64,000 nt of DNA from the human T2T-CHM13v2.0 reference genome, Homo sapiens. The number at the start of each line of letters is the position of its first letter. Position 1 is the first letter of the stretch. The notes under the pieces are model-generated. The model did no database searches and was not told where the DNA came from. It worked only from the letters and a program-made list of their open reading frames with translations. Below are positions 1-15,260 of this stretch, in pieces. Position numbers and translations under genes: made by a program. Location of the stretch: assembly GCF_009914755.1 (NCBI RefSeq), contig NC_060933.1; one strand, given 5' to 3'.

Positions 1-446
1 TACCAAAAGTCAAATCAAGATAAATGATCCAGGCATCTCACTAATGTGAATTTCTCCTGAGGAGATTATTCAACAGGAGGAAAACGCCAAATCAACAAAG
101 ATGCCGTGAAAACATTTGAAAAGCGAGGTATGCATGCGTCAGTGGAAGATGGGGAAGCCATCCATGAGGTTCCACACAGAATACCCTGAAGTGCTTAAAA
201 GGGTAGTTGTGTTTTGAGGATTAGGCATAGCATGTGGAACAATGTTTACAATGTATTTTTAATTTAAAAAAGGAGCACAAAAGGCTATTTATAGCATGAT
301 GGAAACTATACACATGTGACTGTATGACGCAAATGGTGCCTCCTTGCAAAGGATGAGACATTGAGAGGGGTGCGCTGTCCAGCACAGAGGGAGACCCCCG
401 GGAGGCATGAGATCTCTGTCTCTCAGTCCCAAAGGTCATCTCAGAG

Positions 447-464
447 CAGCAGCAGCAGCAGCAG
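447..464 (+). repeat. (CAG)6
   Basis: Read directly. Confidence 0.95.
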
Positions 465-725
465 ACAAGCTTTGAGAGGTCCCAGAAAGCAGGCCTAGCA
501 CATGAGATGGAACTCTTTTGGGGGGCAGGTGGCAGCTCAGCTCAGGGAAGAGCCTTCTTGTGGTCAGTGACATGGGCTGGCCCCTGAGGTAGTGAGCTTT
601 CAGGGGCTGGAGGTGTGCAAGCAAAGGCTGGAGTAGAGCTGGGCAGCTGGAATGATGTCACCTAGGATGGTTAAATGATATTAATCACATGTCTACTCAT
701 ACCAGCCCATCTAGCCAAATATCCC

Positions 726-1064
726 TGTATTAGGCCATTCTTGCATTGCTATAAAGAAATACATGAGACAGGGTATTTTATAAAGAAAAGAGGTTTCATT
801 GGCTCACAGTTCTTCAGGCTTTACAGGATGCAGGATGCTGGCATCTGCTCAGCTTCAGGGAAGGCCTCAGGAAACTTACAATCATGGCAGAAGGCACAGG
901 GGGAGCAGGCACGTCACACGGTGGGAGGAGAAGCCAGCAAGAGACAGGGTAGAGGTGCCACACGCTTTTAAATGAACAGATATCTCAGGAGAACTCACTC
1001 ACTATCGCGAGAACAGCACCAAGGGGACGGTGCTAGGCCTGCTTTTTGGGCCCCTCAAAGCTTG

Positions 1065-1102
<38 letters not shown>

Positions 1103-1249
1103 GAGATGACCTTTGGGACTGAAGGACAGAAAAGCCATCACAAAAAATCCAACTTAATGACCCAATCACCTCCCACCAGGCTCACCTCCAACATTAGGTA
1201 TGAAAATTCAACATGAGATTTGGTGGGGACACAGATCCAAACCATAGCA
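726..1249 (-). mobile_element. MaLR solo LTR (MST family), interrupted by a templated insert at 1030-1130
   Basis: TG...CA ends, perfect 5-bp TSD ATCCC (721-725 / 1250-1254), MST-type internal sequence. Confidence 0.9.
1066..1098 (+). repeat. (CTG)11
   Basis: Read directly; inverted paralog of the (CAG)6. Confidence 0.95.
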
Positions 1250-1295
1250 ATCCCTAAAAGGGAAACAGAGTAAGCCCATTCATTCATGGAACACA

Positions 1296-1420
1296 GGGAA
1301 GAAAGAGGGAGAGGAAGAAGGAAGGGGAGGGAGGGAGGGAATGAGGGAGAGAGCAAAGGAGAAAAGAGAGGAAGAGATGGAGGGAGGGAGGGGGAGAAGG
1401 AGGGAGGAAGAGAAGGCAAG
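1296..1420 (+). repeat. GA-rich polypurine low-complexity tract
   Basis: Almost pure A/G for about 120 nt. Confidence 0.85.
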
Positions 1421-4400
1421 GCCTGTCACATGCTAAGCAGGTATCTAATCCCTTTGTAAACACTGTCAGAAATTTATCTTCCTAATTGAAAAGCCCATGC
1501 GGGCTGGTTAATCCAGTCCATGTTAATGAGACCAAAACACATTAAAGTAGATATTGACTCCAGTCGTCAGAGAGCCAGGATTGAGGACACCAGGGGGAAT
1601 ATATTGACAAAAGTGAGGCTGGGGTCAGCCTTGGCCCCACGGACATTATCCTGCTGCTCCCTTGCTCAAACCACCCCACAAAGAGACCCAGTCATCCACC
1701 CAGGGCCTGCAGGATTTTCATTTCTTATGGGGAGAAAGTGCTACTTCCATGATGGAAGCCATTGGCCCCCTTAAATGGAAGAAAGTGGCCTTAAAAATAA
1801 AGGCCTAAATAAAAACATTCACTCAAACAAGTAGAGCAAAGTACAAATCTGTTCATGTTTAGTAACTTCAAAGAAATCATTACCAAGCCAGAGAGGGGCC
1901 TTCTGGGAGGCTGGGGTGAAGCAATGCTCAACCAATGCTTGTCTCCTGCTCATGACATTTAACCCCTCCTACAAAAGGTTAATACTCTTATCCTCAGCAT
2001 TGCACTTAGTAAAAAGTCTCCCATCCTATATTCAATTAACGAGTGAGGCCTGGACCTCGGAGTCACACAGACCTTGTTTCAGCCTTGCCATCCCTCTCCT
2101 GGACCTCAGGATAACTGTGCATCAGTTGCCCTGGCCCCAGTTTCACCCTCCCCAATCCATCCTCCATGCAGGCCACTAGAATGTTCCATTTGCCAGTTCT
2201 GATCATTTCTTGCTCCCACTGAAAGACTTTCCATGTTTCACATTGCCTACTGGATAAAGCCTAAAACTGTTTGTCTTAATTCACCGTTTTTCTAGCATCA
2301 GCTCCTATCACCCTAATCACCACTGTCCCAAATTCCCACTATCACTACATGCCCTACGCTCCAGCCATTGACTTATTGAGAGAAAGTGACTTAACTCACA
2401 GGTCTGGACTCAAATCACCTCCACAGTCAGGCCAACACACTTTCGATTTAGTAGAACATGTAGTCATCTTGTTTGAAGATATTTTAAAAATACAGTATTA
2501 GGCCCATTGAGTTGCACAAACTTCTCAGTTTACAAATCTTTTTATGTAAATCATCTCATTTAACCCTCACTGCAGCTCCATGAGGTGGATATGATGAGGT
2601 CTGCTCTGCAGATGCTCAGGGACTCTGCCAAGGTCCCTCAGTGACTAGAGGGAGCTGTAACCAGGGACAGGAACCCAGCTTAACCAAGCACTTCTTGCAC
2701 TCTGAGCCTACAGTTCCCAGGATCCATATTAATCCTCCTGTCTTACAGAAGAGGAAACTGAGTGACAGAGAGGTCCAGGAACTTGCCTGCATCCCAAAGT
2801 TACAGGGGTGGGTCAGACAGATCCATATCCACCCAGCTCAATGTCTACTTCTTTCTCCTGCATCCCAGCTGCCTTTCTGAGGCAGCCATCAAGAGGCTAA
2901 GTTGAGGCTGCCCTTTGCCCTCAGCAGTCATTCTTCACTGGGTCCCAGGAACAGGGGTTTCTGGATCATTATTTAGAATGTGATGGGAAGTGGGCATCAA
3001 ACCAGACAGCAGCTGTTGTGTGAATTGAGGGATTCAATTGTCCTTGAGAAATATGTGTCCTTTGGGAGCAGCCCCAGCCCTCTCTGTCCCTGATCTGAAA
3101 TAACTCGCGGGAAGTTCATGGCCAACCCTAAACCTGGTGGCAAGAAGAGCCTGAAACCCTGGAGCAGCCACCAAATTTCACCTCCAGTGGGTGGAGGGCA
3201 ACTCGAGTTGTGTTTCACAGGCTGCTTTGAAATCCCAAGACAACACAGCAAAAAGGCACTCTCAGGTATGTATGTATTCATTCATTCATTCATTCACAAA
3301 CGTGTCTTGAGAGCCTACACCTTGGCAGGTGCTCTGGGAGACACAGCCCAGGCCGTCAGGCCCCAGTCCAGTGGGGAGATAACCTGGTAAACTGTAAGGA
3401 AGAGGTTCTTCTTATCCAACTCCTACCTTTCCCATCTAAAGGAACTGAGGCCTAAGACGGGAGGCCCTCCTCTGCTTTCAAAGAAGAGAAGGCGGCAGTT
3501 TTGTGTTCAAGTCAGAGACCTCACAATGGCAGTTTTTCAGGAGGCTGAAGGGGCTGAATTTCTGTTTTCCCCAAGGCAAGCTGTAAGAGCGTTCCTTTGA
3601 CAAGGTAATAAAACATCTGTGTTTACAAGAGAGACAGGAGGAAGCTGGCAGCTGTGGACCTCTGGGGCTGCCTCTGAAGGTGTTGCCTCGAAAGATACAG
3701 TCTGAGGTGGAGACATCCAGCTGTGAACAGCCTGTGCCTGGCCCAGAGCCTGGGTACTGGTCTCTTCCTTCTGCTTTAGAGACTTCTCCTGGTCTCCCAC
3801 TTGTTGTGTGCTGGCCCACCCTGGCACAGGCCCCATCTGGACTTGCTGCTCACTGAGTGGTTGTTTGATGGATGGATTTCATCTCATCTGTGCCCTTCCC
3901 AACATGCAGCTTACCTAGAGGTCAGAAGGTTTTAAACTCTTCTCTTCCCCCCTCCTGCAAGGTCATACGAAGCTGCTTTATTTGTCATCAAGGCCTTTCA
4001 CTGCAACCCGCCTTGCCAGCCTTGTTTCTCTTCCTCCCGCACTCATGTGAACCCAGATCAAAGAGAGCCCACCCCACCTCACTGGACAGCACTGGCAGTG
4101 AAGATTCCACTGTCTGGCTTGTTGACATGAAGCTGGTCCCCAGGCCCTGTGTGGTTATGAAGGTGGGAGGGAAGCTAGAACCTCCCCACAGATAATCCCC
4201 AAGTCTCCAGGTTTCTATGGAAGCAGAGAAGTAGTAAAAGGCACATGAGGGGTATCTTAGTCTGGATGACTCTTTAGTCCACACCTGGGCTCTGGGATTG
4301 TTGGCCCTAGCACCCCTTCCCAGGTCCTCATGCAGCTGATACTCAGCTCGGCCTGACACCTTGACCCCAGCACCTTCCACTGGTCCTGCTTGATGCTGCC

Positions 4401-4558
4401 TCTTCTGGAAATGGGAATGGTGATCCTTCCCCACCCTTGCTACCTCCCAGCTGAACAGAGGGGCACATGAGGTCATGCGTGAGAAAGCACTTCGTAAAGG
4501 GTGAAGCACGAGGCTCAGAGGAAGCAGGTTCAGGTTTAGTTAAGATTTTTAAAGCATC

Positions 4559-4835
4559 AGCTGGGCGTGGTGGCTCATGCCTTCAATCCAAGCACTTTGG
4601 GAGGCCAGGGCAGGAGGATGGCTTGAGCTCAGGAGTTCAACATGGTGAGATCCCATCTCTACAAAAAATTTAAAAATTAACCAAGCATGGTGGCACGTCC
4701 TGGTAGTCCCAGCTTCTTGGGAGGCGGGGCAGGAGAATTACATGAGCCCAGGAGGTCGAGGCTGCAGTGAGCTTATGATTGTATCACTGCACTCCAGCCT
4801 GGGCAACACAGCAAGACTCCGTCTCTTAGAAAAAA
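4559..4835 (+). mobile_element. Old Alu (AluJ-like, internal deletion)
   Basis: Dimeric Alu with diverged arms. Confidence 0.85.
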
Positions 4836-5602
4836 GGGATAAGTGGCTCGTGTTTACTTTTGCAGTCACCCTAGTCATAGGGCCAGTTCAGCTGCGGTTC
4901 CTTAGGAAAAGGAAAACATCTATCTGCATCCTCCTAGTTACTAATTGAGCATGTGTTGCCTGGTACTTTCTCCAGATAGGACTTTGTTCATTTCACTCTG
5001 ACCAGGAATGTGCAGAGGAAGCATTCAGACTATTCTGCCACTGTGACTGCTCCAGGGATGTGGGTAACAGACACTGGGTCATTGCCACAGGAAAACCTCA
5101 GCCTTGCCCACTGCTGGGAACAGCCAAGGAGACAGAAAGGAAGGTGACCCCTGACTCACTTGCATTTTGCAGACCTCACAGGAGTGTGTCTACTTGATGC
5201 CCCAGGGCCCTAGCTGCATGAGAGTGGGGAGAACACAGAAAACACAAGGTCAGCTCTCCAGCCTCTCCAACCAGCAGTGCAGAAGGGTGCTGAGCAAGCT
5301 GCCCCCCAGTATCCACCTCTGCAACCTCCTCAGTCTACAGAGCCAGCCGGGGGTGGGGCCAGCACTCAGATCTGCCTGGCTGGGACCCTGAGCCCTCCTC
5401 TGGATCACAACGTCTCTGTGATCTGGGGGTACAATGGTGTGAGATGAATGATTCAGGATAACCTTTCTGATGCGGGGAGAACAAAGTGTCCCTGCTACGT
5501 CCTCCAGAAAGCAGAGTCAACACAGCCGAGGGAGTACAGTCCAGAGATGTGAGGTGCATGGGAGGGAGGCAGGATGGAGGGAGAGCCACAGTGAGGATGT
5601 GC

Positions 5603-5860
5603 TTTTTTTTTTTTTTGAAACAGGATCTCGCTTTGTCACCCAGGCCAGAGTGCAGTGGTGCGATCACTGCTTGCTGCAGCCTCAACCTCCTGGGCTTACG
5701 TAAGTCTCCTGCCTCAGCCTCCTGAGTAGCTAATTTTTAAAAATTTGTTTGTAGAGATGGAATCTCACTGTATTGCCCAGGCTGTCTCAAACACCCGGCC
5801 TCACACCATCCTCCTGCCTTGGCTTCCTGAAGCACTGGGATGGCAGGCATGAACCACTTA
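5603..5860 (-). mobile_element. Alu (AluJ-like, partial)
   Basis: Poly-T followed by antisense Alu. Confidence 0.8.
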
Positions 5861-8653
5861 TCTGTTCTTGGTGTAATTGCTCCCCCTTTCATGGAGGGCT
5901 AACTTAGAGTCAAATCTTCACTCTGTGATTCCATCATCCACAAAGCCCAACTTTGACTAGTTGGGAGTAATCCCACTGAAGAGGTGCCAGTGGGAATGTG
6001 TGGACTTCTCCTGAGGCCTGGGGGTCCCCAGGGCTGGTGGAGGCAGGAACTCCACACTAAGGCACTGAAGAACCTGAGATGTCCCACGGCTGAGAACAAG
6101 AAGAGTCTGTAGGCTCGGGCAGGGCAGAACCAAGGGGACTGGGGCCAGGAGGAAGGCTGGAAAGAGGAGCCCAATCCCAGTCCTCTAGGTGGTGATCTGC
6201 GGCACAGCAGGATCAAAAGAGGAACAGAGGCCAAGGGCACAGGACATCTGGGATCCAGGCCCAACTTGTTCATGGCTCACTGTTTGCTGTTGAGCAGGCC
6301 CCTTCCCCTCTCTGGACTTGTTTCCCCACTTGTAAAACAAGAACTAGCTGGCCTCTAAGATCCCCCTCCAGCCCTGGAATTCTGTGGGTTGATGAGAAAT
6401 CTCCCATAGTTAGCAACTGCTCCTGCACAAACCCACAGTCACATGAAGATGCAAGCAGATTGTTCTGTATTCACTTGGGAATTAATACCCTGAGTCAGTC
6501 TCTTTTCCACCAAGTGCTTGCCGTTGCCTTTTCAGATCTCCACACCAGAGCCACGAGTTCCAGGTAGCTCTACATTTGACACAATTTCTCACCATGCCAA
6601 AGAAATCTCTTCTCCCAGGCCACAGCCAAATGGAACCATCTGCACCATGAAGCTGAAGATAAAGCCGCAGAAAGATTGCTGTATTGTGAGTGGAGAAGAG
6701 GTCAGAAACAACCCTTCAGCCCAGGGAGCCAGGGAAAAGGCTGGGGTGCCAGGCCTTGACCACGATGTGGGTCAAAGGGAGGGATGGCCTGCCTCCCCTG
6801 AAACTGTCCCTCCTCACAACAACCCCCAGAGTTATGTGCTTCTCCCCCATTCTGGAGGTGAGGAAAGTGAGACTCAGAGAGGTGAAGTCCCCTGCCCAAA
6901 GTTACACAGCCAGTGACGAAATCAGGCTTCAAAATGAAGTCTGTCTGGCTTTCAGCTCTGGTACATGACCTCCCCCTGACACTGATCTGTTTGTAAGCAT
7001 GCCCCCTTTAGTGGAGTCTCCCTTCAGGGGCAAGAGCTGGGTGGACTCAGCTCTTATTGCAGGGCTCATAGACACACAACAGATGCTCAGCAAATGCTGG
7101 TGGAGCAAAACTGAACAGAATTTCCACTAGCGCCCAGACACTTGAAATTGATGGACAGGTGATCTCCCATTCGGGCCATGTGTGTGTCATCTGCAATGGC
7201 TCCCGTGGAGTTGAGCAGACAGGAAAAGTGTCTCAGTCCCAGCAGGAGGCACAAGGTCACACTCTTGGAAGGAATTAATAATATCCAAGGAATTCCTCTG
7301 GAACAGTGGGGGGGAATAAAGGTTCTTCAAAGAAGGCCTAATAGCAAATTTTCTGGATTTTCCAGCTAATTTGAAGGTACCTACATGGAACATTTTCTTG
7401 TCAGAAAAGATTTTAAAATACATTCATTCAGCGTGACATGATAATTGGGCCTGGCTGCCTGATGAATGCCTTTTATCTATTCCTGAGCTATTGTTCGCTG
7501 GTATTGAGCTGATGGGCTGGAACCAGCACTTTGTTAAATGCACAAACAGAGCCACTTGCAATGATTCCGGTCACCAGAGGCAGTGGGGTGTCAGAGGTGC
7601 AGGGAGCTGGTAATGATAGTGTCAGAGGAGGAAGGAACTTTAGCGATTAGAGAAGGCAACTTCTTCACTGTATACCTAGGGAGACCGAGACCCAGGGATG
7701 AGCAGGGAGCCGCTATGGGGGTGGCAGAAATGGGACTTGGACCTGGGTGTCCTGCCCAGACCCTGAGCATCCTCCCCTGCCTTCTGAGGATCCTGTGAAG
7801 AGAGGCGAGCAATAAACAGCGTGTGTCCATGCAAAGCTGCTCACACCCCCTGGATCCTCTGCTGGAGTGTGCTCCACTCGCACTTCATGGCAGGGCTTGG
7901 CTGCCAAGCGGAATGCATTTCTGACAGCTGACTTTTCTCAGCTCTGCAATGTTATTATAGAGTCAACTGTTTTCATAGGCCCTTTTCTCTCTCTCTCCTT
8001 TCATGTTTTCCTTTATTTTAATGTCTTTGTCTTATCAAAGGCAAATTTCCAGGCCTGGCCATCTGATAATCATTTGCAAAGTCTCCATGTTTCTTTATCA
8101 TCACCCTTTCTGAGAAGGAAGGACTTGTTTGGACCTAACAATTCTTCAACTTCACATAATTTTTTGGTTTTATCTGAATCTGAAATTTCTCCACTTTAAA
8201 AAAAAAAAACAGAATCTCTTTTAGAGTAGCTCTGAGCCTTCCATGTGTTAATTAGGTGTTTGCGAAACTATGGTTTGGGTTTTCTGCTTTGTCAGAGCAG
8301 GGCTACTATTTTTCTCTTAAAAGACTCAGTACATTATTAGAAATGCCTTTCACTAACATTTAACAAATAAAACAGTTCTATAGGGACAATGAAGTTGACA
8401 TTTCCATTGTTTTCTTTAGAAAACACCACAGTGTTAATCATCCCTCAAGGGATTGCATTTTTTGAACAAGTGAAGTAGCAAAGGCCCAGGCCAGGGAGTA
8501 CACGTATGTGCACACGTGTTGGTGTTTAGCCACGGATGCATGTCTATGTTTTTATGCTTAAGTCTGCATGTCAGAATGTGTATTCATGACACTCTGCATG
8601 TGGCTGTTTGTCTGCCAATGATAATCGGCTACATGCATGTATGGATTAATGGT

Positions 8654-8654
<1 letters not shown>

Positions 8655-8701
<47 letters not shown>

Positions 8702-8705
8702 GTGT
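8655..8705 (+). repeat. (TG)n microsatellite within a degenerate TG-rich region (~8500-9340)
   Basis: Read directly. Confidence 0.9.
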
Positions 8706-8859
8706 AGATGAACCTATGTAAACCTGTGTGTATCTGAACATATCTACCATGTATGTGGATATGTGCTTCGTGCACCTCTGTGTGTGTGTTTTATGGCACC
8801 GTGACTGTATTCATGAGTACATGTTTGCGTGCGTACTTGCTCGTGTTTATGTACCTCCA

Positions 8860-9199
8860 TAGTCATGTATCACATAATGAAGTTTCCATCAATGACAGAC
8901 CACATATGCGACAGTGGCCCAAATTATAATATGGTATTTTCACTGTACCTTTTTTATGTTTAGCTATGCTTAGATACACAAATACTTACCATTGTGTTAC
9001 AATTGCCTACAGTGTTCAGCACAGTACCTGCTGTACAGGTCTGTAGCCTGGGAGCAATAGGCTATTCCGTACAGCCTCAGTGTGTAGTAGGCTCTGCCAT
9101 CTAGGTTTGTGTAAGTTCAGTCTACGATGTTCACACAAAGAGGAAATTGCCTAATGACGCCTTTCTCAGAACGCGTCCGTATTAAGTGACGTATGACTG
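8860..9199. mobile_element. Tigger3a/MER7-type DNA transposon
   Basis: Terminal inverted repeats agtcatg... / ...tatgactg, TA flank, characteristic internal sequence. Confidence 0.8.
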
Positions 9200-9877
9200 T
9201 ATATAGATATACACATCTATCCGCATATGTGTGACTGCTATGTGTGTGATGATTTGTGAGTCTGTGTGCATCCATATGTCTGAACATAGGCACACGTGTG
9301 TAGATATGTCTTTGTCCATGTTTCTCTACTTCAGTGTTTGCATGCCACGCGGATGCTGAGTTCTGTGTTCAGAGCCTCCTATAAACACGTACACAGTACC
9401 CTCCAGTGGACATCAGTGGAAAGCACCTTCAAAAAAAAAACAAAGCCAAAAAAAGGCAGGATCTGAATCGCTTCCAAATTCAATACTGGTTTGTCATCAG
9501 ACGCAGGGTGAAGTTTTCAGGACGGTCCTTGAGAAAACCGGGGAGGGTCATGCTTCTGGAGTGGACACACACTTAACAGTTTTCCCTATGGAGGTCCAGC
9601 CTACCGGCAGCTGCTTCATGATGCGGGGGTGAGAGGACAGAGGCAGGATCACTGGGTGGGTCTGTGAGCCAGGAGGGAGGAGGTGGACGACACGCATTAG
9701 ACCATGGTCAGGAGCAACTGTACTCAGAGCTTCCATGTTTGCTGGGGCCCTGCATTCTCTATTGCCCCAGTCGGGCCCAGTTCCAAGAACATGGAATTCA
9801 CATTCAGAGCTATGCCCTTCATGCACCACACCAAGTCCCACTGGTCTGGGAAATAGGATCCCTTCACCCGAAACGCT

Positions 9878-10290
9878 GTGTTGATTTCCTGTGGCTGTTG
9901 TAACATAGTGCCACAAACTCGGTGGCTTCGTGGAGGTCAGAAGTGTCAATGGGTCACCAGGGCTGGCACCCTCTGGAGGCTCCAGGGGAAGCTCCATCTC
10001 CCTGCCTCTCCAGCAAGGTGATCTGCATTCCTTGGCTGGTGGACCCACGTCACTCCAACCTCTGCTTCTGTTTGCACATCCCCTTCTCTGCCTCTGTCTC
10101 TCCTAACTCCCTCTTTCCCTTATAAGGATCCTTGTAATTCCATTTGGTCCACCTGGATAAGCCAGATAATCTCCCCATCTCAAGTCCTTAATCCCATCTG
10201 CAAAGTGTCATTTGCCACGCAAGGCAACATTCCCACGTCCTGGGGATAAGGATGTGGATGTCTGGGGCGCATTATTTGGCCCACCACAGG
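9878..10290 (-). mobile_element. MLT1-type MaLR LTR
   Basis: MLT1 motifs (ctgtaaca...ccacaaact; ataaggatccttgtaatt). Confidence 0.7.
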
Positions 10291-10550
10291 TGCCCATCCC
10301 AGAGTTCTGTGTCTCCCTGTACAGTTCTGTATGCGTTGGGACTAGCAGGACTTGAGACACTGGTGCCACTTATGGCAGGTTTACTCGGTGCCTGTCATTG
10401 CACCTGACTATGCACTCTGCCATTTGGTCCTCGCAGCTTTCCTATGAGGTAACTGGGGCTTGGTAAGGTGACCTAAGGTGCCAAGGCACACAGCTGGGAA
10501 GTCATGGAGACAGATTTTGAATTTAGGATTGTCAAACTTCAAAACCATGA

Positions 10551-11255
<705 letters not shown>

Positions 11256-11459
11256 CATGCCCTTCTCCATTAAAAGACATGGTAACAGGGCCAAATCCCC
11301 ATTTTACCGATTAGAAAACTGAGATCTGGAGGCAGGGCATTTGATGATAATTTGACATAAATAAATGCCTTGAGAAAAATGTATACATATGTCCTTTTAA
11401 GGATTGCTGCCATAGATAAACCAAGCAGTCATGTGAGATCCGGGGCATAAGACTTTTTA

Positions 11460-12580
11460 AAGTTAGATGTATTAAGGTTTTACATATACTAAAATTCACC
11501 AGCTTGAGGTATACAGATCTGTGAAACACACACAGCCTTTAACCACCACCATAATCAAGACATAGCATATTTCCATCACCCCAAGTGCTGCTTCCTGCCT
11601 CTTTGTAATCAGACCCCTCTTTCCACCCCAACTCCTACAATCCTGGTCTATTTTATGTCCCTTTAGTTTTATCTTTTCCAGGACATCATAAATGGAAGCA
11701 TAGATGGCCTTTTAATTCTTTTTTAAATTAAGGTATTCTTTACATATACTAAAATGAGGTATTATTTGCATGTTGTATTTACATATAATTTACATATAAT
11801 ACAATGTATGCTTTTTGGTATACAGTTCTGTGAGTTTTGACACATACAGTCATGTGACCACTACATCAATCAAGATACAGAGCCATGCTATCACCTCAAA
11901 AAATTCCCTTATGCATGTGCCTCCATCGACATCCTTCTCCCCATCCTGGCAATCAACCATCTATTTTCTGATCCTATAATTTTGCCTTTTCCAGAATGTC
12001 ATATAAATAGCGGACTACAGTATGAAGCCTTTTGAGTCTTCCTTTTTATTGCTGAGCAGTATTCCATTGCATAAATGCACCACAGTTTGCTTATTTATTC
12101 ACCAGTTGAAAGACATTTAGTTTATTTCCCAATGTGGCAATTATGAATTATTCTTTGTGTTCACGGCTGAATTTGCTTTGATAATATTTTGTTGAGGATT
12201 TTTGCATCTATATTCATAAAGAATTTTAGACTGTAGTTTTCTCCTTTTTTTGGAGAGTCTTTGTCTGCTTTTGGTATCAGGGAAATGTCAGCCTTATAAA
12301 ATGAGAAGTGTTTCCTCCTCTTCTATTTTCTGTAAGAGTTTGTGTAGAACTGGCATTATTTCTTCCTCAAATGACTTGGTATTAGAATTCACCAGTAAAG
12401 CCATCTGAGTCTGGAGTTCCCTTTGTTGGAAGCTTTTCAATCTTAAATTCAATTTGTTTAATAGATATAGGGTTATTGTTGTTATCTATTTCTTCCTGAG
12501 TGAAGCTTGGGTAGTTTGCATCTTCCAAAGGATTTGTCCATTTCATCTAAGCTATTAAATTTGATTATTATAAAGTTAAG
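11460..12580 (-). mobile_element. Old L1M fragments
   Basis: L1M 3'UTR and ORF2-derived antisense AT-rich sequence; boundaries approximate. Confidence 0.7.
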
Positions 12581-13091
12581 GAGAAGTCAGTACTGAAATA
12601 ACCAAACACATGAGTGAATGGCTCACCTAAGAAGACCATAGAGAAAAAAGAACAGAGATTCTGGGTTTAAAAATTACTTGAAATTCATGAAAAACTTTAT
12701 GCTTTTTTGAAATGAAACAGTTTATTTAAAAGTACAATTATGCACAAGGATGTAAAGCAAAGTCTTAATATAAAAAATTGGAAACCACATAAATGTCAAG
12801 GAAAGCGAATATGGTATATTCACTTGATGGAATATATGTTATTCAAATTGTGTCAAAATATGCACAGCAAAATCTAGAGAGAAATACACCCAAATAGTAG
12901 TAGTTTTTGAGGTTTTGAGTCTATGGAGTTGCTTATTTCTTCTTTTCTATATCCTTCAATAATACTTTAGTAATATCTTGATTGATTATAAGCTTTCTTT
13001 GACTCATTTTTCTACAAATTCATTTTTTAGGTCATCAAAATTTATACTTCTAACCCCATTTTTCAGTGGACACAACTGAAAATAACGTTAG

Positions 13092-13841
<750 letters not shown>

Positions 13842-14639
13842 TAGGAATTTCAAGACAGCCACAGTAGAGCATAAAAATCAAGTGCCTGTACAACTGCAGA
13901 GGTCTCATACCTGTAAAGCCAGCCTGGAGCAAGAACACGGAGGCCTGGGCAGCAGAGGCTGAATGTGGAGTAGTGTCATCCCTTAGAAGTCAGAGTGGGC
14001 ACAGTGGGTGGGCAGGTCCAGTGATTGATAGTCCTAGGATGCCTACCAAACATACAAATACACACCATCTTTACCACAGTGTAATTTCTGTTGTAGAAAG
14101 TAATAAGAAATAAAAAAAAAAAACCACCATGAAGGCAGATACTATTTCTCAGTTTAATTTATAGCTAAAGTCCCAGGGCCTAGTCTAGTGCTTAGCAATT
14201 AGCAGGTAACCAATAAATATTATTAAATATAATTGCAGGGATTCCTATTCTTATCTTTTCTAGTTAGCTTGATAACTCCTATATATCCTTCAAGACCCTA
14301 TTCAAAATGCCCCCTCTTCTAAAAAGTTTTTAGGAACCCTTCCAGAGTTAGTGACCCTTGTTTTCCTGCACCTTCTGCAGCTCTGATTTTAACACCAAGC
14401 CAAGGCATGGAGGTTATAAGACAACATCTTACACAAATCCCCATATTTTGGTTTAGTTTCAAAATTTTTTCTCAGTAATTTTATAACTACTAAAAATCTT
14501 AACCCCATCAACTAGGATGAAATGAGTTTTTCTATGGCATTTTCTAAGAAGTAAGGTACTTTGTTTATTAATCATTCTTTTCCTATTTTTGCCAAATGAC
14601 TTTATTAATTTTGGTATCCAAAAGTTTTTCTGTTTCTTT

Positions 14640-15260
14640 TTTTAAAAAATTAAACATTTTATTTTGGAATAATTTCAGATTTACAAGAAATTTACATATA
14701 TAGTACCGAGAATTTCCATGTACCCCTTATCCAGTTTCCTCCATTGTTAACATTGTACATTATCATGCTATACACATCAAAACAAAGACATTTGATATTG
14801 GTACATTACTAATAAGTAAAGTCTAGACTTTACTTAGATTTCACCAGTCTTCCCATTAATGTCCTCTTTTTGCACTGGTATCCCATCCAGCATATATTGT
14901 ATTTAGTTGTCATGAGTCTCCATGGTCCCCTCTGGTCTGGGATAGTTTCTCAGTCTTTCCTTGTTTTCCATGACTTTGACAGTTCTAAGGAGGACTGACT
15001 GGGGATCTTGTAGAATGTCCCCAATCTGGGTTTGTTTAACGTTCTTCTCATGCTTAGACAGGTTAAGGTTTATGGAAAACACTCAACAGAGATGAAGTGC
15101 CCTCTGGCTACATCATACCAATGGATACATGATAGCCACATGACATCACTGGGGAGGCTCACCTGGATCACTTGGGTAAAGTGGAGTCTGCCAGGTTTCT
15201 CCATGGTGAAGCTGCTATTTCCTTTTCTACATTCTATTCTTTGGAAGCAAATCTCTGCTT
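14640..15260 (-). mobile_element. L1MC-like 3' fragment
   Basis: Antisense L1M 3' end motifs; boundaries approximate. Confidence 0.65.

Noticed and set aside
436-624. Poly-Ala/poly-Gln coding exon at the CAG repeat
   Set aside because: No splice sites or coding character; the paralogous copy lies within an LTR.
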